Counted from the first letter of the stretch, positions 1-8,540 are shown. The stretch: 15,931 bases of DNA from Promethearchaeota archaeon (GCA_048940445.1 JBHLON010000052.1:1-15931), one strand, 5' to 3'. Program-made: numbers and translations. Notes: generated by a model not told the origin, from the letters alone.

Positions 1-2
1 AG

Positions 3-110
3 TTAATATTAAATGATTATGGGTTGCGAAAAGTGATTAAGAAAATCCAGAATGCTGAGTTAGATGTGAATATTACTTTAGACGAATTAGTGGTTGAAGA
101 AGAAGTATAA
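3..110 (+). CDS. 3' end of an unidentified gene entering from the left edge (...LILNDYGLRKVIKKIQNAELDVNITLDELVVEEEV*)
   Basis: Open frame from 3 to TAA at 108-110, followed by oligo-T tracts. Both differences from the duplicate copy at 1692-1760 are synonymous in this frame, which supports coding status. Confidence 0.75.
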   Translation, partial: LILNDYGLRKVIKKIQNAELDVNITLDELVVEEEV

Positions 111-152
111 AATTTTTTTTCCCTACTTTTTTTATTATTAGTTATTATTTTA
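42..152 (+). repeat. 111-bp direct repeat, copy 1 (gene 3' end + terminator)
   Basis: Identical to 1692-1802 except T78/C1728 and G92/A1742; spacing exactly 1650 bp. Confidence 0.97.
113..133 (+). terminator. Archaeal oligo-T terminator of the upstream gene (duplicated at 1763-1783)
   Basis: TTTTTTTTCCCTACTTTTTTT just after the TAA stop. Confidence 0.55.
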
Positions 153-188
153 ATATGCAAGTGATAAAATCATTATTTTGTGTTAGGA

Positions 189-572
189 ATGGAAGTTAGC
201 CATTTAAAAAAGCTTATTGATAAAAAAATCAAGAAGAAAAACTACATACTCAATGTTGATAAAACGATGCCAATTAAGCAACTTATACAGCAAAATAATC
301 TGGTATTTCGGTCTGGGAATGCATATTATGAACTGGTTAAACCTGAGAAAGTATCTGTTACGAAAAAGATGATTGTGTATGATAAAAAAAGGAAGAGCCT
401 TTATATAGATATTAAAGCTCGGAAATTATTGGGTATTTCGACTCTTGAGGGTGTACAAATTGCTCCTGACGAATTTAAACATGAAAAGTTCAAGATTTTT
501 ATTCAAAGTAAGTCAGCGACCCGGAGGTTGTCAGAAGGGACAATCTTGCTATATATTATATATAAGGAATAG
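189..572 (+). CDS. Small basic hypothetical protein resembling the C-terminal domain usually appended to vWA proteins
   Basis: ORF with ATG at 189 (GTG at 180 is possible). Motif string G-x-AYYEL-x-K-x-E...ARKLLG...P...IFIQSKS-x-TRRL-x-x-GT-x-LLY resembles a FVQSTS-x-NRKL-x-x-GT domain recalled from vWA proteins; not database-verified. Confidence 0.65.
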   Translation: MEVSHLKKLIDKKIKKKNYILNVDKTMPIKQLIQQNNLVFRSGNAYYELVKPEKVSVTKKMIVYDKKRKSLYIDIKARKLLGISTLEGVQIAPDEFKHEKFKIFIQSKSATRRLSEGTILLYIIYKE

Positions 573-610
573 TATATATGATAATGATTTACTAAGTATA
601 AGCTAAAATT

Positions 611-1600
611 TCAAGTAAAATAATCATCATCGAGTGGTTTCTTACCCATAAGACTGTTCATCCATTTTATATGCTTACGAGATTGATACCATCCCATGGA
701 ATCTTGAGACTCAAATAATGATTTAAATTTTTCAATTTGATGCTTTGGCAAGCCTTGGAGATTAATCCAAACGTCCTCCAAGCCTTCCTTCTTGAAGATT
801 GAGAAATCCTCAATAGAAACAAGCGGATTTCTCGATAGCTCGAGGGTCCTTAAGTTATATAATTTCCCAAGATTCTCTACCTTAGTAATTTGATTCATAT
901 TGAGCATTAGATCCAGCAAATTCGCTATACGATTTAAACCTTCAATCTTTTTTATTTGATTATTTCCTAGATTTAGCAGTTCTAATTTGAGGGGCTTATC
1001 TAAACCTTCTATTTTAGATATTTTGTTATTAGACAAATCTAAATAACGCAAAGATCTAAGGTTATCTAAACCTTCTATTTTATTTATTTTATTACAGGAT
1101 AAATCCAAATAGGTTAACAATTTAAGGTTATCGAGTCCTTTTATTTCAGAGATTTGATTTGAACTCATGCATAAATGTCTTAAATTCTTCATGGATTCAA
1201 GACCTTCAACTTCTTTGATACAATTGCCACTTTCAGGATATCGAAGGTTGCTAAAATAAAGAAATCCAAGATTAACTAAATTCTCCAAACCTTTAATCCT
1301 TGTAATACGATTCCCATCGATATGTAACTCCGCGAGATTAGTGAGATGATCCAACCCTTTGATTTCTCTAATATTGTTATCAGACAAATTGAGAAGAGTT
1401 AAATTAGTAAAATTATCTAACCCTCGTATCTCAGAAATCATATTAAGACTTAAGATTAAACCTTTGACTATCTCAGGATGTTCAATCTCACTCAAAATAT
1501 CCAAATCTTTCCTGATGAGGGGATCATTTGCTAGCCCCAAAATGCCGTTCACGAGAGGATATTCTTCCCCTCTAAGCCTTATGGTTGATTGTTGACTCAT
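611..1600 (-). CDS. Leucine-rich repeat protein, SDS22-like (10 repeats of ~22 aa)
   Basis: Repeats fit LxxLxLxxNxIxxIxGLxxLxx (e.g. LRYLDLSNNKISKIEGLDKPLK). TATA-like TATAAATA lies on the minus strand at ~1640-1633. Confidence 0.93.
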   Translation of the reverse strand: MSQQSTIRLRGEEYPLVNGILGLANDPLIRKDLDILSEIEHPEIVKGLILSLNMISEIRGLDNFTNLTLLNLSDNNIREIKGLDHLTNLAELHIDGNRITRIKGLENLVNLGFLYFSNLRYPESGNCIKEVEGLESMKNLRHLCMSSNQISEIKGLDNLKLLTYLDLSCNKINKIEGLDNLRSLRYLDLSNNKISKIEGLDKPLKLELLNLGNNQIKKIEGLNRIANLLDLMLNMNQITKVENLGKLYNLRTLELSRNPLVSIEDFSIFKKEGLEDVWINLQGLPKHQIEKFKSLFESQDSMGWYQSRKHIKWMNSLMGKKPLDDDYFT

Positions 1601-1649
1601 TAATTCTTAATTATCTTTTTCGTAAGCCCTAATATTTATATGGATATCA

Positions 1650-1760
1650 GTGATTTTAAATCTATGCATTGCTAAGAGGAAGGTAGTTAGAAAAATCCAG
1701 AATGCTGAGTTAGATGTGAATATTACTCTAGACGAATTAGTAGTTGAAGAAGAAGTATAA
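1650..1760 (+). pseudogene. Orphan duplicate of the upstream gene's C-terminal coding segment (VILNLCIAKRKVVRKIQNAELDVNITLDELVVEEEV*)
   Basis: Last 22 aa identical to those of 3..110, preceded by diverged RKVVR vs RKVIK. There is no room for the rest of the gene because the LRR start at 1600 is adjacent. Confidence 0.75.
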
Positions 1761-1802
1761 AATTTTTTTTCCCTACTTTTTTTATTATTAGTTATTATTT
1801 TA
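1692..1802 (+). repeat. 111-bp direct repeat, copy 2
   Basis: 109/111 identical to 42-152. Confidence 0.97.
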
Positions 1803-1856
1803 CAGCTCTCATTATTTTGAGTAAGCAGAAAAAGAAATTGAATTTGCTATTAAAAT

Positions 1857-2489
1857 TTAGTTGCTTGTTCGAACCATTTCCCACATTGGAAGATTCAAAT
1901 CGGGAAGAGTAAATTTCTTTATGACTTTAAATCCAAACTTTTCATACCATCGCACATTCTCTTCGGATTCTGTTTCAAGGTATATTGATTTTCTTTCAGC
2001 ATCTGCTTTCTCTATAAGGAATTTTAATAATTTGCTGCCAAGACCTTTTCCTTGAAACTTTTGTGATACGCCAATCACGTTTAGATATATATATGGTTCT
2101 ATGTTAAGATTTCTCTTATCCTCTTCAAGTATTTTTGACATTCCTTGCATTAGTTTCCCATACTTTTTATTTAGCTTCAAAGCAGGGATTAATGCGCCAC
2201 TTCGAATAATATTCCATATTTTTATGTTTCCATATTTACCAGGAACAAATGTTATTATGCCTTCAAGATTCTCAGATGTTGCATAAGCACTTCCATATCT
2301 TAGAGCGGTTCTAATGGGAATTTCATACATAGTCTTAATTTCTTCCTTTTCAGCATTCATTGCTTTTATTATAGGATCTTCTGAAAAGGCATTTGCTAAG
2401 ACTTCACTTGCATCTTTTAAATCTTTTTTACTTACAGTATATAACTTATCTAATGAGTATCGAGTTTCGATTTGTTTTGATTTAGTAAT
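1857..2489 (-). CDS. GNAT family N-acetyltransferase (puromycin N-acetyltransferase-like); probable ATT start at 2489
   Basis: Acetyl-CoA motif IGVSQKFQGKGLGSKLL plus IYLET...NVRWYEKFGF. The frame stays open 43 codons upstream of the ORF-track ATG (2360) and encodes the family N-terminal motif DLKDASEVLANAFSEDP. SD AGGTGA lies at 2501-2496. Confidence 0.88.
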   Translation of the reverse strand: MTKSKQIETRYSLDKLYTVSKKDLKDASEVLANAFSEDPIIKAMNAEKEEIKTMYEIPIRTALRYGSAYATSENLEGIITFVPGKYGNIKIWNIIRSGALIPALKLNKKYGKLMQGMSKILEEDKRNLNIEPYIYLNVIGVSQKFQGKGLGSKLLKFLIEKADAERKSIYLETESEENVRWYEKFGFKVIKKFTLPDLNLPMWEMVRTSN

Positions 2490-2743
2490 ATCTCATCACC
2501 TATTTTTAAATTGGGTTTTTATTACAGAATCCTTATTATTTGATTTAAAAGTTTCTTCTATGAGTTATTAAAAAATAGTAGAATTATCATTAATTTTGAA
2601 AAAAAAAAGCTATACTATTTTTAATTTATATAAATTCATTCTTTAGTTTATTGTATCTTGATTTGGAGCATTCTTTTAAAATTTGAGATTACTTTAAATG
2701 AAATAGCATTCAATTTTAGAATAAGAGGCAAATTATTTCGAGT

Positions 2744-3196
2744 TCAATTATCATATTCGAGGATAAGTTCTGTTGATACTTTTGATTTTACTGAATTCGC
2801 GATGATACAATTTTCTACTGATTTCTCTACTACTCTTCTCGCTTTCTTCTCAAATTTTGAGTCTGTTAATTGAAGATAGAATTTTTCGCGTATTTCCGTG
2901 ATCACAGTTCGACTTATGTTCTCAATTTTAATTGAATCCGCGATTGCTGTTGATTCTACTCGAAATTTCTCAATTTTCAAATTAGATCTATGTGCAATTT
3001 CAAGAAATGTGGTAGACAAGCAAACACTTGCAGCTGCCACAAAGAGATGCTCAGGAGACCAATAGCCTGCAAATCCATCCCGATTCTCTGGAGTTGTTGC
3101 AATAATTTCAGGGAGTTCTTTTGAGGTGAGTTTTACCATTCGTTTATAGGGAATCTCTTGTTTTTCCCATTGGACTTGTATTTTATATTCCCACAT
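2744..3196 (-). CDS. OsmC/Ohr family protein
   Basis: WSPEHLFVAAASVCLSTT and VENCIIANSVK carry the two conserved Cys of OsmC/Ohr. SD-like GGTG precedes the ATG. Confidence 0.88.
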   Translation of the reverse strand: MWEYKIQVQWEKQEIPYKRMVKLTSKELPEIIATTPENRDGFAGYWSPEHLFVAAASVCLSTTFLEIAHRSNLKIEKFRVESTAIADSIKIENISRTVITEIREKFYLQLTDSKFEKKARRVVEKSVENCIIANSVKSKVSTELILEYDN

Positions 3197-3376
3197 TGAT
3201 AGACACCAAATCTATTTCTCAAATTATTTATCAAAATTGTAAAATGATTTTTTTATCCAAAAAAATGCAAGTTATTCTTTATAAATATATGTACCTAAAG
3301 TAGACAATGAATAATCTTGCTTAAAAAGTTAACAATTATAGATTAAAAAATTATTAATATTTATTATTTTGTGGTT

Positions 3377-3550
3377 CTAATGTAGTATTTTCGAGGTTGA
3401 TTTTAATCTTAATAGTTTATTTTGATAATCTGGGCAAAATTTATAATCAGGGAAATTGCAGGTCAACTCACCTTTGGGGAGTGTACAAGAATAGGAAAAA
3501 GGGCAAAAAATTAAACTCTGTTTAACTTTAGATTCTACTTGGCTTAGAAT
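3377..3550 (-). CDS. Small 4-Cys hypothetical protein, possible metal binder (start ATT 3550, or GTG 3559)
   Basis: C-x5-C-x8-C-x7-C pattern (CPFSYSC...TCNFPDYKFCPDY). A perfect SD AGGTGATC at 3561-3554 overlaps the GTG, favouring the downstream ATT. Confidence 0.6.
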   Translation of the reverse strand: MLSQVESKVKQSLIFCPFSYSCTLPKGELTCNFPDYKFCPDYQNKLLRLKSTSKILH

Positions 3551-3702
3551 TGTGATCACCTTTAAAAAAATAGTTTAAAAGGAAATTTTTTGCTATTCAA
3601 AATATACTTGAACTAAATTTAAAAAAAAATGGGGTATTAAGATTATTAATTTTTTAAAGATGTAATGTAAAATAAAAATTTAAAATCAGAGTTGAATAAT
3701 TT

Positions 3703-4683
3703 ATTCGAGCTGCTGTTATAGAGGAAATCCAAAAGATTGTGTATAAAGAAGAGTACCCTAAGCCGAGACCTGGTCCTGATGAAGTTTTAGTTAAAGTTCA
3801 TTATTGTGGGATTTGTGGAAGTGATATTACGAATTTCAAGTATAAAATGTATAATTATCCACTAGTAATGGGTCATGAAATCACGGGAATAGTAGAAGAG
3901 GTAGGATCAAATATTACTGATGTAAAGGTGGGAGATCCGGTAATTTGCGTAAATGTATCACTTGATGTAAGCCAAGGGGAGTTAAAAGGGATTGGGATGT
4001 TTCAAGATGGAGGGTTTGCGGAGTATGTGAAAGCTCCAAGTATTTCTATATTTCCAATCCCTAAGAGTATTAATATTAAAGATGCTGTAATGGTAGAAAC
4101 ATTCGCATTAATGATGAGAGCTTTTAAATTGTCAAATATTAGTGAGAATGAAAACGTATTGATCATTGGGGGTGGAAATGTTGGATTATCTGCTCTTAAA
4201 GCACTATTAGTTAAAAAGCACCCGAATTATGTGGTTGTAGTAGAGCCCAATGAGTTTTTGCGGGAAAAAGCTTTAAAAATTGGTGCTACAGATGCGGTTG
4301 GTAAAAGTAGAGCGAAAGTAAAAAAAGTTACCAAGCAGTTAGGAGAACCAACTTTCATTTTTGATTGTGTAGGAAATGAAGAAACAATATCTAATGCAGT
4401 CAATTTTATCAAAAGAGGAGGCACAATCCTTTTAGAAGGTATTCATAAAGGGAGTATAAATTTTCCTTTATTTATGTTAAATTCCAAAGAGGTAACATTG
4501 AAAGGGTGCTTAGGTCACGATCGTGAAGATATTTTAGCAGCAATTGATTTATTTGCTAAAGATCAAGTTGATGCTAATGAATTTATTTCAGAGGTAATCC
4601 CTCTGACTGATATACAAAAAACCTTTGAACGATTCTTTCAACCAAGTGGTCGAAATTTTGTAAAGATCCTCGTTCAGCCTTAA
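3703..4683 (+). CDS. Zn-dependent medium-chain dehydrogenase/reductase (threonine/sorbitol-DH-like); probable ATT start at 3703
   Basis: CGICGSD and GHE catalytic Zn motifs, GGFAEY, and Rossmann GGGNVG. The in-frame extension (I)RAAVIEEIQKIV matches the typical M-K/R-AAV N-terminus. In-frame TAA at 3697-3699. Confidence 0.9.
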   Translation: MRAAVIEEIQKIVYKEEYPKPRPGPDEVLVKVHYCGICGSDITNFKYKMYNYPLVMGHEITGIVEEVGSNITDVKVGDPVICVNVSLDVSQGELKGIGMFQDGGFAEYVKAPSISIFPIPKSINIKDAVMVETFALMMRAFKLSNISENENVLIIGGGNVGLSALKALLVKKHPNYVVVVEPNEFLREKALKIGATDAVGKSRAKVKKVTKQLGEPTFIFDCVGNEETISNAVNFIKRGGTILLEGIHKGSINFPLFMLNSKEVTLKGCLGHDREDILAAIDLFAKDQVDANEFISEVIPLTDIQKTFERFFQPSGRNFVKILVQP

Positions 4684-4721
4684 CATAGAAATTCATTTTT
4701 AAATCTTTTTTTAATAATTGT

Positions 4722-4760
4722 AAAAAGAAGAGAGAATATGTGAAGTGCCACATATCCTCT
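4722..4760 (-). terminator. 12-bp hairpin followed by a U-rich tail on the minus strand
   Basis: Minus strand AGAGGATATGTG-gcactt-CACATATTCTCT then CTTCTTTTT. The single non-Watson-Crick position is G.U on the minus strand but an A.C mismatch on the plus strand. Confidence 0.5.
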
Positions 4761-5399
4761 AATAGCGAAATCCAATGAAGAAACCAAAAATGGATGAAGG
4801 TTAAGGTAGAAAATTTGTGATCATCATAATTCGGGTAATAAGTATTTAAAGAGCAATAATTTCAAATGAGGTGTAAAAATTTTCGACAGAAAATAAAGAC
4901 CTATGGTTCCTAAAGATGGATGTTTAAGGAAGAAACATGGGATAGTTTATAACTATTCATTTGTAAAATATGAGATAATAATAAACAAAGATAAACTAAA
5001 AAAAACTAAAATACATTAATGTCTAACACTCACATATTTGTCTAATTATTGTCCTAAGAATATATAGATCTACCTGCTTATTAGATATTTCAAAATTAAA
5101 AAGATTACTCATTAATAGTTTTTAATTTAAACTAAAGAATGAATTTAGTGTTGATATGAAATTAGTTTAATTAAGTGCATATTTCTCTGTAAATGTAATT
5201 CAATTTGAGTGAATAGTAAAAATCGTAAAAAATATTAATAATTACGTTTAGAAAATAATACTTTTAATAGTGTGTTTTCACGTAAAAATTTTATAAATTA
5301 ACTTTTGATAAGAATAACTAATTATTTGATTTTATAATCGAAGGTTTAATAAATAAAATCTTATAAGGAAACTCTTGTATTAAAGAGAAGTGAACTCAA

Positions 5400-6452
5400 A
5401 TGGTAATTGAAACAAATATTACAAGAATGTTGGGTATCAGACACCCTATTTTAAGTGCTCCAATGGGTCCTTTTTATACAACAAAGTTAACGGTAGCAGT
5501 ATCTGAAGCTGGTGGATTAGGCGTTTTAAGTCATGTTACAATCCACGGTACGGTAACTTTAGACGAGATGAAAAAAAGCATGGAATATGTTGTTGAACAT
5601 ACTGATAAACCTTTTGGATTCAACATAAGGACTGCAAGATTGCAACCAGATGCCATAAAACTATGTAGGCAACTTCCCAGATTTATTATGGAGAATCAAA
5701 GAATAAAAGAGCAATGTGTATTCGTAATTACGAGTGCAGGATCACCAAGACTGTTATATAATAAACATTTCGAAAAATTAAGAGAAAGTGGCTCAAATAT
5801 AAAGCATTTTCACGTAGCTCCAACCCTTTATCTTGCTAAAAAATTAATAAATAGTGGTGTTGATGGACTGATGGTTACTGGAGCTGAAGGTGGCGGACAT
5901 CAGTCATATGAAAATATAAGTACATTAGTTTTATTGCAACAAATAAGAAAGCATCTCCCAGAAGTTCCGATCATTGCTTCAGGAGGTTATGCAACTGGTG
6001 AAGGATTAGCATCTGCATTATCAATGGGTGCGGGAGCTATAGCAATGGGTTCCAGATTTATATCAGCTAGAGAATGTGAATTTCATGATAATTATAAAAA
6101 AATTGTTGTTGAATCAACTGCGTCAGATACTGAGTTAAAAACGGGGATCTTTGGACCCGCTAGAGTATGGAAAAATAAGGCGGCTGATAATCATAACCTT
6201 GTTGAGAGCAAGGAAGAAAAGAAAGCGGCAGAGACTTCAATGTCAAAAGTTGAACGAGAATTAGCTGAACTAGAAAGAACTTATGAGGGAAATATCGAGG
6301 AGGGAATAGCTTATATAGGTCAAAGTGTTGGACTTATTGATAGTGTAGAATGTGTTTCAGATATAATAAATAACATTGTTGAAGATGCAGAAAGATGTTT
6401 AAAAGATGCTTATCACAATATAAAAAAGATACCCGTTGATCAAATAATTTAG
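5400..6452 (+). CDS. Nitronate monooxygenase / enoyl-ACP reductase II (FabK-like) FMN TIM-barrel protein
   Basis: HPILSAPMG, AVSEAGGLGVL, GAEGGGH, PIIASGG and AMGSRF motifs. SD-like GAAGTGA lies 6 nt upstream. Confidence 0.92.
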   Translation: MVIETNITRMLGIRHPILSAPMGPFYTTKLTVAVSEAGGLGVLSHVTIHGTVTLDEMKKSMEYVVEHTDKPFGFNIRTARLQPDAIKLCRQLPRFIMENQRIKEQCVFVITSAGSPRLLYNKHFEKLRESGSNIKHFHVAPTLYLAKKLINSGVDGLMVTGAEGGGHQSYENISTLVLLQQIRKHLPEVPIIASGGYATGEGLASALSMGAGAIAMGSRFISARECEFHDNYKKIVVESTASDTELKTGIFGPARVWKNKAADNHNLVESKEEKKAAETSMSKVERELAELERTYEGNIEEGIAYIGQSVGLIDSVECVSDIINNIVEDAERCLKDAYHNIKKIPVDQII

Positions 6453-6572
6453 CTCTGACTTTATATCAAAAATTTTGAATTAAATCTCTTATTTTTCAAT
6501 TAATTTTAATTTTTATTCAAGAAGAAGGGTACTTTAAAACATACTTAATCAAGTGAGAAAAAAAAATAATTA

Positions 6573-7319
6573 TTATGACCCCAATAACGAGCTCATACTT
6601 TTAACAATACTATCTATTTCAGTATCAAAGGCTTTAACTTGATCAAAGAAAATATTATTAACTTGAATTAATTGCTTAACCACAAATTCTGGTGATTGGA
6701 CAACTTGATCCGCCAGATTAAACGCCTCATTTACAATTTCCCCCTTTTCAACTAATTTATTAATAAGATTCAATCTATATGCTTCCTCTGCATTGAGAAA
6801 CATTTCTTTAGTTCCTGTATTTAATGTTATTTCAAGCGCTTTACCACGTCCTACTAAAGTCATATAAGGAAAGAAGAGCGGACATGCTCCAAATCTAATC
6901 TCAGGATGTCCGAAAAGAGCTCCTTTCGAAGCAACTCGAAGATGACATATTACTGCGAGGTCAAAAGCTCCACCAAGTGCATACCCGTTAACAGCAGCAA
7001 TTAATAATTTAGGAAATTTAAAAATAGTTTGATGAAAAAGATGATTTGCATCAATAAATTTTTGATAATCATCTTTTCCTTGGACTAATGCCTGTACTTC
7101 ATCTCTATCAAACCCAGTGGAAAAAAAATCTTCCCCTCCATAAAAAATTACTGCTTTAATCCTTTTATCTTCCTCAAGTGAATTTAAAGCATCAATTATT
7201 TCTGCTCTCATTGCCTCATTTAGAGCATTCTTTTTTTCTGGACGATTAAACTTAATTATCGCTTTTTTACCTTTTTTCTCAATAATAATAAATTTATAAG
7301 CTTTTTCCATACTTTCCAA
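6573..7319 (-). CDS. Enoyl-CoA hydratase/isomerase (crotonase) family protein
   Basis: FNRPEKKNAL, IAAVNGYALGG, FGHPEIRFG and AEEAYRLNLIN. Start is TTG 7319 or ATG 7310. Confidence 0.92.
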   Translation of the reverse strand: MESMEKAYKFIIIEKKGKKAIIKFNRPEKKNALNEAMRAEIIDALNSLEEDKRIKAVIFYGGEDFFSTGFDRDEVQALVQGKDDYQKFIDANHLFHQTIFKFPKLLIAAVNGYALGGAFDLAVICHLRVASKGALFGHPEIRFGACPLFFPYMTLVGRGKALEITLNTGTKEMFLNAEEAYRLNLINKLVEKGEIVNEAFNLADQVVQSPEFVVKQLIQVNNIFFDQVKAFDTEIDSIVKSMSSLLGS

Positions 7320-7480
7320 CTCACAAAATATTAGTTGTTTAAAAGTCAGATATATAAATTTAAATTCTTTTTATTTATAAATCATAAAATCCTCTTACTT
7401 TTCTCAGAAATGAGACTGAATACTTCTGAAAAAGTTAGGTTAATAAACCTTAGAAAACAATAAATATATTTATATAATAC

Positions 7481-8152
7481 ATGAAATCTGTGATTAATAT
7501 GAAGTTTATATCTCAATTTTTTAAAATAGATGACATTTCTTTACATTACAAATGTGAACAAAAAGAAACAGAAAAAAAGCCTCTCTTGCTATTTCATGGA
7601 TATAATCCGCACAACAATTCGTGGCGTGTTTGGGAGCAAAATTTAGTTGGATTTGTAGAATTTTTCTCTCCTTATCCCATTGATCTTGTAGGTTTCGGAG
7701 ATTCATCTAAAGAAGCTCCTTTTTCGATTCATGATAAGACTAGGCAAGTTGAAATCGTTTCTATGTTTATTAAAACTTTAAAATCCAAATTTTTCGCTGT
7801 AGGTGGATTATCTTGGGGAGGTACAATTGGAAATGAATTGGTAAAACTTTTTCCCGATAGAATTTCATTCTGTTTATTGGTTTCGACTACTCTAACTCCA
7901 ACAACCTTAGCTTCCGAAATTAAAGAAGGTTTAATCCCCACAATATTAGTAGGATGCCCCCAAGATCCACTTGTTTCATTTAATAATTCAATAGAACTTG
8001 CAAAAATTATTCCAAAGAGTAGAATTATTGAAATAAATGCCCCAAGTAAATTGGATATGCCCCCTCGTGCTCACCACATACAATCATTATGTCCAGAAGA
8101 ATTCAATAAAAGAATAGGTAAGGAATTTAGACAAATTTTAAATATAAAATAA
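7481..8152 (+). CDS. Alpha/beta fold hydrolase
   Basis: LLFHG oxyanion motif, IDLVGFGDS, nucleophile elbow GLSWGG, acid in GCPQDPLV, and C-terminal His (AHHIQ). Start could be ATG 7499. Confidence 0.87.
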   Translation: MKSVINMKFISQFFKIDDISLHYKCEQKETEKKPLLLFHGYNPHNNSWRVWEQNLVGFVEFFSPYPIDLVGFGDSSKEAPFSIHDKTRQVEIVSMFIKTLKSKFFAVGGLSWGGTIGNELVKLFPDRISFCLLVSTTLTPTTLASEIKEGLIPTILVGCPQDPLVSFNNSIELAKIIPKSRIIEINAPSKLDMPPRAHHIQSLCPEEFNKRIGKEFRQILNIK

Positions 8153-8199
8153 CTAACTTGGTAAAAGTAAGTGAGAACATAATAAAATTAAAAACAAAT

Positions 8200-8382
8200 T
8201 TATCTAGTTATTTTTTTAAGCAAAAAAATCTTCTGCTCTACGTGAGACACTAACCATTCTAATGTACCCCCAACTTTATCACGATCTAATCTGTGAAATC
8301 CTCGAGTTTCTTATTCTTTTGTAATTATAATTTTCCCAGAAGCGGGATATCCCACAATAAGGATAATTTTCCCACTCATCAT
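8200..8382 (-). pseudogene. Truncated P-loop kinase remnant (AAA_33 / polynucleotide-kinase-like N-terminus)
   Basis: Translates MMSGKIILIVGYPASGKIIITKE*ETRGFHRLDRDKVGGTLEWLVSHVEQK. Walker A is GYPASGK with S/T lost, there is an in-frame TAA at 8313-8311, and the similarity ends after ~50 codons. Confidence 0.72.
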
Positions 8383-8540
8383 ATGTTACCCTGTAATTTC
8401 CAATATTTTCTCTCTACTAAAAATAAAAATACTGTAAAGAATTTAAAATTTTAAAATTCTTCTATATATGCTAATACAGAACCCTTCAGTGCCTAAATTT
8501 ATATTTGCTATCAAATATATAAATCCTAGAGAGAGGAATC

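Noticed and set aside
42-1802. Repeat pair as DGR template/variable regions or CRISPR repeats
   Set aside because: Only two copies; the mismatches are synonymous and not adenine-specific on one strand; no reverse transcriptase or spacer array.
4822-4828. ATGATGA on the minus strand as box C of a C/D guide RNA
   Set aside because: No CTGA box D or D' downstream at a suitable distance.
4868-4945. Orphan SD (GAGGTG) followed by FSTENKDLWFLKMDV*, a possible decayed gene start
   Set aside because: All frames close within ~16 codons and no family is recognisable.
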